Positions 9,488 through 19,088 are shown, numbered from the stretch's first letter. The stretch: 64,000 bases of DNA from an uncultured Verrucomicrobiae bacterium (GCA_963735805.1 CAVTMK010000003.1:64001-128000); one strand, 5' to 3'. Numbers and translations: made by a program. The notes: a model not told the origin generated them from the sequence alone.

Positions 9488-10867
9488 TTATTTTCTATTG
9501 ATGTGTGATTTTGGAGATACGACGAACAACCAGGCCGACTCAGGACAAATTTTTCTCGCTAAGCTGTCTGACCCGTCCACACAGCGCTGCAATTGTTTCA
9601 TAAGAAACGCTCGCTCCGACTTGGTCTCTGCCAGTTCAAATGATTTCCGGAACTCTTCAGCAGCGGCCTGCAGATTACCCAATCGCATTTCGAGTTCGCC
9701 GAGCACAGCGTAGAGGAGATAATACGAACTGAGTTTAGCGAGACCTGGAACGCTTCGTATTGCCTGGAGTCCGGCTCTCGGTCCACGGATGTTGGCGATG
9801 GCCACAGCACGGTTGAGAGCTACAACCGGGGACTGATCGAATTCAATCAAGCGATCATAGAGCGAAAGGATTTGATGCCAGTCGGTGGATTGATAGTCCT
9901 TCGCAGCGCAGTGACAGGCGGCAATTCCCGCTTGAAGATGATATTCGCTAATCTGATTTCCTATGGCCGACTCTGCAAAGTGAAACATACCACGTGCAAT
10001 CAGTGATTTGTCCCAGCGCGTCCGGTCCTGTTCTTCTAGGCGCAACAGATTGCCGTCGCGATCCGAACGGGTCGGATTGCGAGCGGCATTTAACAGTATC
10101 AATGCCAAAAGCGCGTGCGTCTTCGGTTGATTACCGGCCGGATGCGCCACCAGCAACTCGGTCAGGCGAATCGCTTCTTCACAAAGCTCTGCCCGAACCA
10201 ATTGTTCGCCGCTCGATGCTTTGTAGCCCTCGTTAAACAAGAGGTAAAGCGATTGCAAGACTCCGTCCAAGCGCTCCCCCAGTTCCTTGCCTGCAGGAAT
10301 TTCAAATGGGATCTGTGCCTGAAGGATCTTTTGCTTGGCCCTGGTCAATCGCTTGGCAATTGCGGCCTCTGTGGTTAGAAACGCGTGACTAATCTCCGCA
10401 ACATCAAAACCGCATAGTGTCTTCAAGGCGAGTGTGACCTGCGCTTCGCCTGGAATCGCAGGGTGGCAGCAGACAAACATCAATCGCAAACGATCGTCAC
10501 GAATTTCTTCTTCCGAGAAAATTGCTTCATCCGGCGCAACATTATCTCGATCCATTAGACGGATGATTTCTGCTTCTTTGGAATGAAATACTTTTCGTCG
10601 GCGAACTACGTCGAGCGCTAGATTACGCGAAGCGCGCATAATCCAAGCCGAGGGATTTCTCGGCACTCCATAGAATGGCCAGGTCTGCAACGCTCGAGCG
10701 AGCGCTTCCTGAACGACGTCTTCCGCGAGGCTGAGATTTTCGATGCCGAAGATCCTTGTGAGAGTAGCAACCATCTTCGCTCCCTCATGGCGAAAAAGAT
10801 GTTCCACCAGTTGCGACACGCCTTCTGATTCTGGCACAACAGTTTTTGAAGACACCATTTCTGCCAT
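9488..10867 (-). CDS. ECF42-like RNA polymerase sigma factor with C-terminal TPR/DUF6596 extension; start uncertain
   Basis: AEDVVQEAL region 2, LRLMFVCCHP, YLLFNEGY, YHLQAGIAACH, SPVVALNRAVA; adjacent DGPF genes. Confidence 0.9.
   Translation of the reverse strand: MAEMVSSKTVVPESEGVSQLVEHLFRHEGAKMVATLTRIFGIENLSLAEDVVQEALARALQTWPFYGVPRNPSAWIMRASRNLALDVVRRRKVFHSKEAEIIRLMDRDNVAPDEAIFSEEEIRDDRLRLMFVCCHPAIPGEAQVTLALKTLCGFDVAEISHAFLTTEAAIAKRLTRAKQKILQAQIPFEIPAGKELGERLDGVLQSLYLLFNEGYKASSGEQLVRAELCEEAIRLTELLVAHPAGNQPKTHALLALILLNAARNPTRSDRDGNLLRLEEQDRTRWDKSLIARGMFHFAESAIGNQISEYHLQAGIAACHCAAKDYQSTDWHQILSLYDRLIEFDQSPVVALNRAVAIANIRGPRAGLQAIRSVPGLAKLSSYYLLYAVLGELEMRLGNLQAAAEEFRKSFELAETKSERAFLMKQLQRCVDGSDSLARKICPESAWLFVVSPKSHINRK
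9517..9547 (-). promoter_or_regulatory. Candidate ECF42-type promoter, copy 3, inside the 3' end of the sigma ORF
   Basis: TGTCCTGA-N13-TTCGTCGTAT. Confidence 0.75.
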
Positions 10868-11163
10868 ACCCTCAATGCCCATAAGGCAACAAGTTGTAAT
10901 TTCCAACGGAAGGTCTAGTGCAGCAATCGCTAACCGTCCGCCGCCGGCTGATAACTGCCCAGGAACCGTTGGCCCCCGATGCGCGTATTAGCGACTCGAA
11001 TGAAATTGGGACGGTCGCGTCACCGGGTAGTGTTGGCGTGCCGGACGCCGTAGCGCAGGATCCCTACCCAGGCGGGCCCGAGCTCCTCGTGACCCCGCTC
11101 CGCTGAAACGTGCCAGTTTTCGCCAATAGGCGGTTACAAGCGTTTTCTCACTGGGGAAATGTC

Positions 11164-11583
11164 TCATTGCGCAATTGCCTCGCTCTCGATCAGTCGTTTA
11201 AAGTTTCCCAAGTATTCCTCGACTCTGTGCGAAAGACTTGGTGGATCGAAAATGGAGCGAATCTTCAGCGTTACTTCCGTTTCCTCCTGAGAACGCGGCT
11301 CGAAAGAGACCACGCCTGACATGAAACCGTTCGACATGGTGCGCCACGCGATTCGGCGGCCGGGAATCTGAAGTACGATATGGAACATCCCTTTTTGGTT
11401 GGCGCCATTCGGCTGCCACCTGTATGAAAAATGGGCGTCGTCAATTCTGTGTACGTCCTGCAGCGGTGGAATGAATTTGGGAAGATCCTCCAGACGCGAC
11501 CACTGCTCGTAGACGCGATTAATGGGTGCCTTCACAACAACAAAATGTCTGGCGGCGTTCATTGAGGCTGGAACGGGTTTCAT
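11164..11583 (-). CDS. SRPBCC / polyketide cyclase-dehydrase family protein
   Basis: VKAPINRVYEQWSRLEDLPKF, IAWRT, GVVSFEP, LGNFKRLIE. Confidence 0.82.
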   Translation of the reverse strand: MKPVPASMNAARHFVVVKAPINRVYEQWSRLEDLPKFIPPLQDVHRIDDAHFSYRWQPNGANQKGMFHIVLQIPGRRIAWRTMSNGFMSGVVSFEPRSQEETEVTLKIRSIFDPPSLSHRVEEYLGNFKRLIESEAIAQ

Positions 11584-11598
11584 CGTTTCAATCGGTTG

Positions 11599-11769
11599 TC
11601 AGACGCTGAAGCGCGCATATTGCTCCCTCGAGAACGCGCGGTTCCAGCCGTCGGTGAAGTTAAAAAGAGTCATATTCAGAACCAGCATCGGATCGTGACG
11701 TCGTCGGGACCGCCGAAAAATCCTCGACAGTTTGGACCTTGAATTAGTTTGAGGTCGTTTGGGTTTCAT
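11599..11769 (-). CDS. Hypothetical 56-aa basic protein
   Basis: ATG-initiated ORF MKPKRPQTNSR...EQYARFSV* ending 15 nt before the SRPBCC start. Confidence 0.35.
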   Translation of the reverse strand: MKPKRPQTNSRSKLSRIFRRSRRRHDPMLVLNMTLFNFTDGWNRAFSREQYARFSV

Positions 11770-11988
11770 TTTTGTTACTTTTCTTTCCTAAGGCTACGCA
11801 ACCCTGCATCGCGCTGCCACGAAGCGGTCGAAGGATTTTTCGATGCTTCGCAGGGGAGACCGGATAACACCTCTTTCGAGGGAGGAAACAAAAGTGGCGC
11901 GGCGTCGCGGGTTTGTTAGACTTCCACCATGCGCCAGCGCGCACTACCTGCGTGGGAGATGGTTTGCAAGGCCGGCTAACTAATTACT

Positions 11989-14487
11989 ATGAAATCAGAC
12001 GTCATTGCTGCGGAACCAACCCCCACCCGGCAAGCGGCAATCCCTGATCGGTTCGAACCTTGTTCCGGAGCCTACGATGACGAAAGCGCAGCAAAGCACC
12101 TATTCAAATTATCGCGTGATGTAATTCTTTCTCTGGACCGCACCGGGAACATCCTCTGCATCAACCAGCGCGGGGTCCAGTTGAGCGGCTATTTAGAAAC
12201 GGAGTTGCGCGGAGTAAATATTTCGGAACGCCTGCTTTTTCCCGAGGATCGTACAGCGCTTGAGCAAATTCTAAATGACCTAGCGCAGGGAAAAGTCCGT
12301 GAATACGAGATTCGCTGGAGAACCAAAGCCGGCGGCATTGTTCATTTTGACGGTGTATCGGTTCCACGTCTCTCAGAAGGCGGCGAATTTCTGTCCACCC
12401 TCTGCACCCTGCGGGATGTGACCGAACGCAAATCCGCCGAAGAAAAACTGCGCAAGAGCGAAGAGAAATATCGAGACCTGATCGAGATTTCACCCGACGC
12501 GATCTATGTCGTCGACGCCAAGGGCGCGTGCGTTTTGGGAAACCGCGCGGGCGCAGAGTTAGCCGGAATTCCGGAGGACCAGTTGGTTGGGACGCCCGTC
12601 ACCGAGACCTATCTGCCAGAAGAACGCCACGTGTTTCGAGAACGACTCGAGCAGCTGAAAACCGGGGGCACTCTGCGCTACGAGAGAAATTTCGTTCGAA
12701 AAAGCGGAGACACGGTTCCCGTGGAAGTTTCGGTGACGGCGATACGCGGGGGATATTTTCAAGCGATCCTGCGAGACATCAGCAAACGCAAGCAAGGCGA
12801 AGCTTTGCTTGGCGGGGAGAAACGCCTCCTCGAGATGGTGGCGAAAGGAGATTCACTCTCCTCGATTCTCGATGCCATTTGCCGCCTGGTCGAAGAATTG
12901 TGCAGCGGGTGCTTGTGTTCGATCCTTCTTTTGGATTCGAATAGCAAACGCCTCTGGCATGGTGCAGGACCGAGCATTCCAAAACCATACGCCCAAGCAA
13001 TCGACGGCTTCGCCATCGGACCAAATGTGGGTTCGTGCGGATCGGCCGCCTATCGTGCAGAGCAAGTGATCGTTTCAGACATCGCCACTGATCCCCGCTG
13101 GACACTTTTTCGTGACGAGGCCCTAACGAATGGCCTCAGGGCATGTTGGTCTACGCCGATTCTCTCGCTGGAAAACAGAGTTCTGGGAACCTTTGCCATG
13201 TACTATCGCGAGCCCAGGTCTCCTGCTCCGCGGCACCAGGAGGTCATCGAGCAGATTACGCATTTGGCGAGCATCGCCATCCAACGCAAGCGGGCGGAAG
13301 AAGCGTTGCGCGCTTCGGAACAGCTCGCCCGCGGACAAGTGGAGGCACTGACCTACAGTTTGGACGTCCTCGCGACTGCGCCAGCGCCCGATAAGTTTTT
13401 AGGCCAAATGCTTAGCACAATGGGCCGGCTCCTCGCGGCGCAAAGTGTGATCCTCTGGTTGCTGGATGAATCGAATGATTCGCTCGTTTTGCGCGCTTGG
13501 GCTGAAGGCACGAACTTTGCGAAGGCAGATCCGGAGCATCCGTTCATCAAAAATCCTTTGTCATGGAAGCAGGACCGCGGACTTCGTGAGCTGTTCTTTT
13601 CAGGAGCGCCGGTCGTCTGTGAGGACTTGGAACACGATCCCGATGTCTCGTTGGAGCTTCGCGAATACCTGAAGGCGGGAGGAACGAAGAAATTCCTCAG
13701 AATTCCGACGCTGATGGGCGGTCGCGTCAGGGGTTTCATCGGAATTTGCCATGGTGAGCGGCCAACCTACCGGCCGGAAGAGATCGAGTTGGCGCAGGCT
13801 CTCGCGCATCAGGCAATGCTGGCAATTCAACTAAATGAATTTGCCGAGAAAAGCCGTCAGTCAGCGATCCTGGAGGAGCGAAATCGAATGGCGCGCGACA
13901 TTCATGATACCCTCGCGCAAGGATTCACCGGCGTGATTGTGCAATTGGAAGCGGCTGACGATGCTATCGGTTGTTCCCGGCGCAAGGAAGCGAACGAGCA
14001 CCTGCAACGCGCCGCTGAGTTGGCGCGGCGCAGTTTGTCCGAAGCGCGTCGGTCGGTCCGCGCGCTTCGCCCGGAAGCTTTGCAAGCGGGAAACTTCTGG
14101 GACGCGTTACAGGGAATCGTCAAAAATACCACCGCCGGGACCGCGCTTCATACAACGTTCGAACTGCGCGGGCCTCTGCGCGATCTTCCGCCGGTTTGGC
14201 AGGAAAATTTGTTACACATCGGCCAGGAGGCTTTGACTAACGCGCTCAAGTACGCGCACCCACGCAATTTTGAAACGCGATTAACGTCCGATCCAGAAGA
14301 ACTGCGCCTGGAGCTTCGCGACGACGGCGACGGATTCGAAGTCAACGATCGACACGATGGCTTCGGCCTGGCCGGAATGCGCGAGCGCGTCGAACAAATG
14401 GGCGGGAACCTTAAGATCACCAGCGCGCGCGGGAAAGGCACGAAGGTTGTCGTCACACTGCCCTTCAATGGCAAAGCCGTTTCGTGA
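11989..14487 (+). CDS. Cytoplasmic PAS-PAS-GAF-GAF sensor histidine kinase (HisKA_3)
   Basis: Two PAS/PAC units (RDVTERK, RDISKRK), GAF motifs, EERNRMARDIHDTLAQ H-box, QEALTNALKYA, DDGDGF, GLAGMRER. Confidence 0.93.
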   Translation: MKSDVIAAEPTPTRQAAIPDRFEPCSGAYDDESAAKHLFKLSRDVILSLDRTGNILCINQRGVQLSGYLETELRGVNISERLLFPEDRTALEQILNDLAQGKVREYEIRWRTKAGGIVHFDGVSVPRLSEGGEFLSTLCTLRDVTERKSAEEKLRKSEEKYRDLIEISPDAIYVVDAKGACVLGNRAGAELAGIPEDQLVGTPVTETYLPEERHVFRERLEQLKTGGTLRYERNFVRKSGDTVPVEVSVTAIRGGYFQAILRDISKRKQGEALLGGEKRLLEMVAKGDSLSSILDAICRLVEELCSGCLCSILLLDSNSKRLWHGAGPSIPKPYAQAIDGFAIGPNVGSCGSAAYRAEQVIVSDIATDPRWTLFRDEALTNGLRACWSTPILSLENRVLGTFAMYYREPRSPAPRHQEVIEQITHLASIAIQRKRAEEALRASEQLARGQVEALTYSLDVLATAPAPDKFLGQMLSTMGRLLAAQSVILWLLDESNDSLVLRAWAEGTNFAKADPEHPFIKNPLSWKQDRGLRELFFSGAPVVCEDLEHDPDVSLELREYLKAGGTKKFLRIPTLMGGRVRGFIGICHGERPTYRPEEIELAQALAHQAMLAIQLNEFAEKSRQSAILEERNRMARDIHDTLAQGFTGVIVQLEAADDAIGCSRRKEANEHLQRAAELARRSLSEARRSVRALRPEALQAGNFWDALQGIVKNTTAGTALHTTFELRGPLRDLPPVWQENLLHIGQEALTNALKYAHPRNFETRLTSDPEELRLELRDDGDGFEVNDRHDGFGLAGMRERVEQMGGNLKITSARGKGTKVVVTLPFNGKAVS

Positions 14488-15179
14488 AAACCCAAAAGCA
14501 ATCTTCCCGCAAATCTACCAGGGGTGCTTCGCCACGGAGCCCTAAAACCACCCCGACCAGATCGCGCATTGGCGTTCTCATCGCCGATGACCACACCGTC
14601 GTGCGCGAAGGTTTGGTCTCATTGATTCAGCGCAAACCGGACATGGCCGTGATAGGCGAAGCAAAAAATGGCCGCGAGGCAGTCGATCTTTGGAAGCAGC
14701 GTCATCCGGATGTGACGCTACTCGATTTGCGGATGCCCGAACTCGATGGTGTCGGAGCAATCAAAGAAATCCGTGAACACAATGAGCAAGCGCGCATTAT
14801 TGTGCTTACAACCTTCGACGGCGACGAAGATATTTATCGGGCAATTCAAGCGGGCGCGAAGGGTTACCTTCTCAAGGACGTACCACGCGAAGCGTTGATG
14901 GATAGTATCCGCCGGGTGCACGCCGGTGAAACTTGTGTGCCTGTCCATCTCGCGGCCAAGCTGGCCGAACGCGTCAGTGGTGAAACGTTGAGCTCGCGCG
15001 AGATCGATGTGCTCAAGCTGATGGCTCAGGGAAAAAGCAATAAAGAAATCGGTGCCGCGCTATTTATCAGCGAAGGCACGGTGAAATCGCACGTCAAAGC
15101 GATCTTTGCTAAGATGAACGTCATCAGCCGCACCGAAGCCGTTGCAAGCGCTACCCGGCGTGGCCTTATTCATCTGTAA
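14484..15179 (+). CDS. NarL/LuxR family response regulator
   Basis: IADDH, LLDLRMP, GAKGYLLK receiver; GKSNKEIG...ISEGTVKSH HTH. Confidence 0.95.
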   Translation: MKTQKQSSRKSTRGASPRSPKTTPTRSRIGVLIADDHTVVREGLVSLIQRKPDMAVIGEAKNGREAVDLWKQRHPDVTLLDLRMPELDGVGAIKEIREHNEQARIIVLTTFDGDEDIYRAIQAGAKGYLLKDVPREALMDSIRRVHAGETCVPVHLAAKLAERVSGETLSSREIDVLKLMAQGKSNKEIGAALFISEGTVKSHVKAIFAKMNVISRTEAVASATRRGLIHL

Positions 15180-15237
15180 ATCGCAACAGAAAATTGTATT
15201 TGATCGCGCCAACAGAACATGAACCAGTACAAAAAGC

Positions 15238-15774
15238 ATGAAAAAATCTAATTCGAGAAAGACCATAGAACTTCTTCACAGACGTGACGCTCCACTGGAG
15301 ACACGAACCGATCTCACACCTTCGGCGACGAAAGATGTCGCCGCGGCGATGAACGCAATCCTGGCAGACGTGTTCGCGCTCTACATGAAAACAAAAAATT
15401 TCCACTGGCATATGAGCGGTCCCCATTTTCGCGACTACCATTTATTGCTGGACGAACATGCCGACCAACTCTTCGCAATGACTGACCCGATCGCGGAACG
15501 AGTTCGGAAGGTTGGAGGACTTACGCTAAGATCGATCGGTCAAATTTCTCGTACTCAACGTGTACTCGATAACGACGCAGAGTACGTCGAACCGCTGGAC
15601 ATGCTGGCTGAGTTGGCGGACGACAACCGGACAATGGCCGCGCGGCTTCGCGAAGCGCACAACGTGTGCGATGAGCATCGCGACGTTGCTACCGCGAGTT
15701 TGATCGAAGTTTGGATCGATGAAACCGAGCGACGCGCGTGGTTCCTGTTCGAGGCAACGCGCCGCGCGAATTGA
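15238..15774 (+). CDS. dps: Dps family DNA starvation/stationary phase protection protein
   Basis: KTKNFHWHMSGPHFRDYHLLLDE and DPIAERV ferroxidase motifs. Confidence 0.92.
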   Translation: MKKSNSRKTIELLHRRDAPLETRTDLTPSATKDVAAAMNAILADVFALYMKTKNFHWHMSGPHFRDYHLLLDEHADQLFAMTDPIAERVRKVGGLTLRSIGQISRTQRVLDNDAEYVEPLDMLAELADDNRTMAARLREAHNVCDEHRDVATASLIEVWIDETERRAWFLFEATRRAN

Positions 15775-15803
15775 TCTTGGGATTCTTTCCGTAAAGATAC
15801 GGC

Positions 15804-15868
15804 TGTAGCCACGGCGCTGTGTCGCCGTGTTATCCGGGCAACACCCTTAACACAGCGGGGCGGCTACA
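15804..15868. repeat. REPIN, GTAGCC family
   Basis: TGTAGCCACGGCGCTGTGTCGCCGTG...CACAGCGGGGCGGCTACA. Confidence 0.75.
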
Positions 15869-15873
15869 ACAGA

Positions 15874-16842
15874 ATGATGAATGTTTCCCGATTAACCTTC
15901 GCTCATCTGCCAACGCCGATTGAAACGCTGCCGCGTCTATCTGACATTTTGGGCGGACCGCGATTGTTAATCAAACGCGACGATCAAACCGGCCTCGCCT
16001 TTGGCGGTAACAAAACTCGTAAACTGGAATTCCTCATAGCGGAAGCGCGTGAGCAAGGCGCGGAGACCTTGGTCTCTGGCGGAGCACTGCAATCCAATCA
16101 TTGCCGTCAAACTGCAGCAGCCGCGGCTCGATTTGGATTTAAATGCATTCTAGTGTTGACCGGCAACGAGCCGGAACGCCCGTCGGCAAATCTATTACTA
16201 GATCATTTGTTTGGAGCCGAAATCGTCTATGTCACAGAGCGCAAAGATCGGGACAGAATTCTCGAGGAAACATTCGATCGTGCCGAAAAAGATGGAATGA
16301 GACCTTATCTTGTTCCCTATGGCGGATCGAGTCCTACAGGTGCTTTGGGATACGCGTTCGCGATGAAGGAACTGATAAATCAAAATTTCCAAACGGATTG
16401 GATCGTGTTTGCTACATCCTCGGGTGGCACGCATGCGGGGCTAGTTCTGGGTCAGCGCCTGTTTGGATATAAAGGCAGGACCCTGGGAATTAGCATCGAT
16501 GAATCAGAAGAATGGTTAAAAGAACATGTCTCAGAGCTCGCGTCATCGGCCAGTGAAAAACTGGGAAGGCGTACTGAGTTCGTACCAAATGATGTTATGG
16601 CAAATGCCAACTATTGTTCAGCAGGTTATGGCATGTTAACGGAGCAGGAGCGTGAAGCTATTGATTTGTTTGCGAAGCACGAAGGTCTTTTGTTAGACCC
16701 TGTGTATACCGGACGCGCGGCGGCAGGGATGATTGATTTGATCCGTAAAGGATTTTTCAAGAAAGACGAAACCGTGTTGTTCTTGCACACAGGCGGACAG
16801 CCGGCGTTGTTCGCCGCTGGGTACGCGAATAAATTGCAATGA
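15874..16842 (+). CDS. D-cysteine desulfhydrase family PLP enzyme
   Basis: KRDDQTGLAFGGNKTRKLE, QSNH, DPVYTG, HTGG. Confidence 0.88.
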   Translation: MMNVSRLTFAHLPTPIETLPRLSDILGGPRLLIKRDDQTGLAFGGNKTRKLEFLIAEAREQGAETLVSGGALQSNHCRQTAAAAARFGFKCILVLTGNEPERPSANLLLDHLFGAEIVYVTERKDRDRILEETFDRAEKDGMRPYLVPYGGSSPTGALGYAFAMKELINQNFQTDWIVFATSSGGTHAGLVLGQRLFGYKGRTLGISIDESEEWLKEHVSELASSASEKLGRRTEFVPNDVMANANYCSAGYGMLTEQEREAIDLFAKHEGLLLDPVYTGRAAAGMIDLIRKGFFKKDETVLFLHTGGQPALFAAGYANKLQ

Positions 16843-17111
16843 CAATCTCGGCAACGAGTAGGAAACTCCATTTACTTCGCTGAACAATCAGTTTCTTCAT
16901 TAGTTCGGAGGATTCCAGGATCGATCGGTACCATGGCACAATAGTAACTGGACGTTCCTGGCTGCAATGAGGTAACCAATCTTATTTCGTTCTGCAGAGT
17001 GAAAAATCCTACCATCGCGCAGCTGCTGAGATCATTGTAATCTACCAGATCATTCGACGACAAACTCAAAAATGCAGGAGCTAAATCATTCAGCAGAAAG
17101 GAAAACACACT

Positions 17112-17948
17112 ATGCCATTCGTAACTGCAGGAAAAGAAAACGCAGCTAACATCGACATCTATTATAAGGATTGGGGCAAAGGACAACCCATCGTGTTTAG
17201 CCACGGCTGGCCGCTCAGCGCGGATGATTGGGACGCGCAAATGCTGTTCTTCCTCTCCAAAGGCTATCGGGTCATCGCCCATGACCGGCGAGGGCACGGC
17301 CGTTCAACGCAGACGAGCGATGGTCATGACATGGGCCACTATGCCGACGATCTGAAGGCAGTCACTGACCATCTCAAACTGAAGGATGCGATTCACGTCG
17401 GGCATTCGACCGGTGGCGGCGAAGTCGTGCATTATCTCGCCCGTCATGGCGACAAGAATGTAGCGAAGGCGTCGATCATCAGCGCCGTGCCGCCGTTGAT
17501 GGTAAAAACCTCGGCCAATCCGCTAGGCCTGCCCAAATCGGTGTTCGACGATCTCCAAGCCCAACTCTTCGGCAACCGGGCAAAGTTCTATTACGATCTG
17601 CCAGCCGGCCCATTCTACGGCTTCAACCGTCCAGGCGTGAAAACGATCGAGCCTACCGTTTGGAACTGGTGGCGTCAGGGCATGATGGGTGGCGCCAAAG
17701 CACACTACGACGGAATCGTCGCATTCTCCCAGACCGACTTCACGGAGGACCTGAAGAAGATCTCGGTGCCTGTTCTTGTGATGCACAGCGAGGACGACCA
17801 GATCGTGCCGTACCAGGCAGCCGGTCCGCTCTCAGCCAAGCTCCTCAAAAACGGCACGCTGAAAACATACAAAGACTACCCGCACGGCATGCCTACGACG
17901 CAAGCCGACGTCATCAACGCCGACTTGCTCGCATTCATCAAATCGTAG
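17112..17948 (+). CDS. Non-heme chloroperoxidase/arylesterase-type alpha/beta hydrolase
   Basis: [31 protein letters not shown]. Confidence 0.9.
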   Translation: MPFVTAGKENAANIDIYYKDWGKGQPIVFSHGWPLSADDWDAQMLFFLSKGYRVIAHDRRGHGRSTQTSDGHDMGHYADDLKAVTDHLKLKDAIHVGHSTGGGEVVHYLARHGDKNVAKASIISAVPPLMVKTSANPLGLPKSVFDDLQAQLFGNRAKFYYDLPAGPFYGFNRPGVKTIEPTVWNWWRQGMMGGAKAHYDGIVAFSQTDFTEDLKKISVPVLVMHSEDDQIVPYQAAGPLSAKLLKNGTLKTYKDYPHGMPTTQADVINADLLAFIKS

Positions 17949-17968
17949 GGCCGCAAACCGACGAGCAC

Positions 17969-18934
17969 ATGAAGGCGTTGCGTTTTGAGAAATTTGGTCC
18001 TCCTTCGGTTCTCACGATTGAAGAACTTCCGCGACCCGAGCCGCATGATGGGGAAGCACTCGTTCAGGTCCATGCGGCGGCAATAAATCCGAGCGACGTA
18101 AAAAACGTATCCGGTTATTTCCCGGCGACAACTTTGCCGCGAACTCCTGGCCGTGATTTCGCGGGAATTGTGGTTACAGGGAAGAAATGTGAAGCCCAAG
18201 AGGTGTGGGGCAGCGGTCCGGGTCTTGGCACCACGCTCGATGGCGCACAGGCTGAATATGTCGTGGTATCTGAGGAAGCCGTTTCTCCCAAACCACGTAA
18301 CTTGAGCTTCGAACAAGCGGCAGCCATCGGCGTTCCGTTTATTACCGCATGGTGCGCGGTCGTCGATGCCGCGCAGCTTGATGCGGGAGAAACAATCTTG
18401 ATTATCGGGGCCTCTGGCGCGGTCGGCCAGGCGGCCACGCAAATTGCCTGCTGGCGAAAGGCACGCGTGCTCGCGGCCGGTCGCTCCTCGAAACCTGTTC
18501 CCGGTGCTGATGCCGTGATCAACACTAGGACCGAAGATTTGCGTGCCCGCGTTTTTGAACTAACCAAGGACAAAGGTGCTGATGCAGTCTTCGACGCAGT
18601 CGGCGGCGCGATGTTTGAGCCCTCTCTGCATTGTTTGCGAGTCGGTGGCCGCCAAATCGCAATCACAAGCACAGGCGAACGGCGCGTCTGTTTTGATCTT
18701 ATTGATTTCTATCACAACCGCTCAAGGTTGGTCGGCGTTGACACGATGAAATTGACGCCGTCTGATGTCGGGGCAATCGCGCAAAAATTGTCTTCGGGCT
18801 TCAAAGCAGGTGCGCTTAAACCACCGGCTGTCGAAACAGTGCCGTTCGAAAACGCGATTCAAGCTTATGAACAACTTGTCACTGGTAACACAAACACAAA
18901 ACAGGTGCTTACATTTTCAAGTAATCAGACATAG
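17969..18934 (+). CDS. MDR family NAD(P)H:quinone oxidoreductase / zinc-binding dehydrogenase-like
   Basis: MKALRFEKFGPP start at 17969, AAINPSD, PGRDFAG, GASGAVG. Confidence 0.88.
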   Translation: MKALRFEKFGPPSVLTIEELPRPEPHDGEALVQVHAAAINPSDVKNVSGYFPATTLPRTPGRDFAGIVVTGKKCEAQEVWGSGPGLGTTLDGAQAEYVVVSEEAVSPKPRNLSFEQAAAIGVPFITAWCAVVDAAQLDAGETILIIGASGAVGQAATQIACWRKARVLAAGRSSKPVPGADAVINTRTEDLRARVFELTKDKGADAVFDAVGGAMFEPSLHCLRVGGRQIAITSTGERRVCFDLIDFYHNRSRLVGVDTMKLTPSDVGAIAQKLSSGFKAGALKPPAVETVPFENAIQAYEQLVTGNTNTKQVLTFSSNQT

Positions 18935-19088
18935 TAAGCTTATCTACAAGCTCGTGTATGATGCCATCTGACTCGTTCACTTGTTGTGGAAGGCTGAATA
19001 ACCCAAACACTCATCGTTTCATGGCTGATTGTATGCGCGCCAGCGTTCGGTCACTAAGGAGGCTTCCCCTGCTCGGGTAAGCGAGAAC

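Noticed and set aside
10910..11160. Structured ncRNA or riboswitch upstream of the ECF42-like sigma
   Set aside because: GC-rich hairpins present, but no family I can recognise; partly explained by a degenerate REP arm at 11043-11068
15874..16842. ACC deaminase (acdS)
   Set aside because: Has DPVYTG and HTGG rather than the Glu and Leu residues (DPVYEG, HLGG) diagnostic of true ACC deaminases
17660..17968. N-terminal extension of the 424-aa ORF
   Set aside because: Overlaps the hydrolase gene out of frame; the family N-terminus MKALRF begins at 17969
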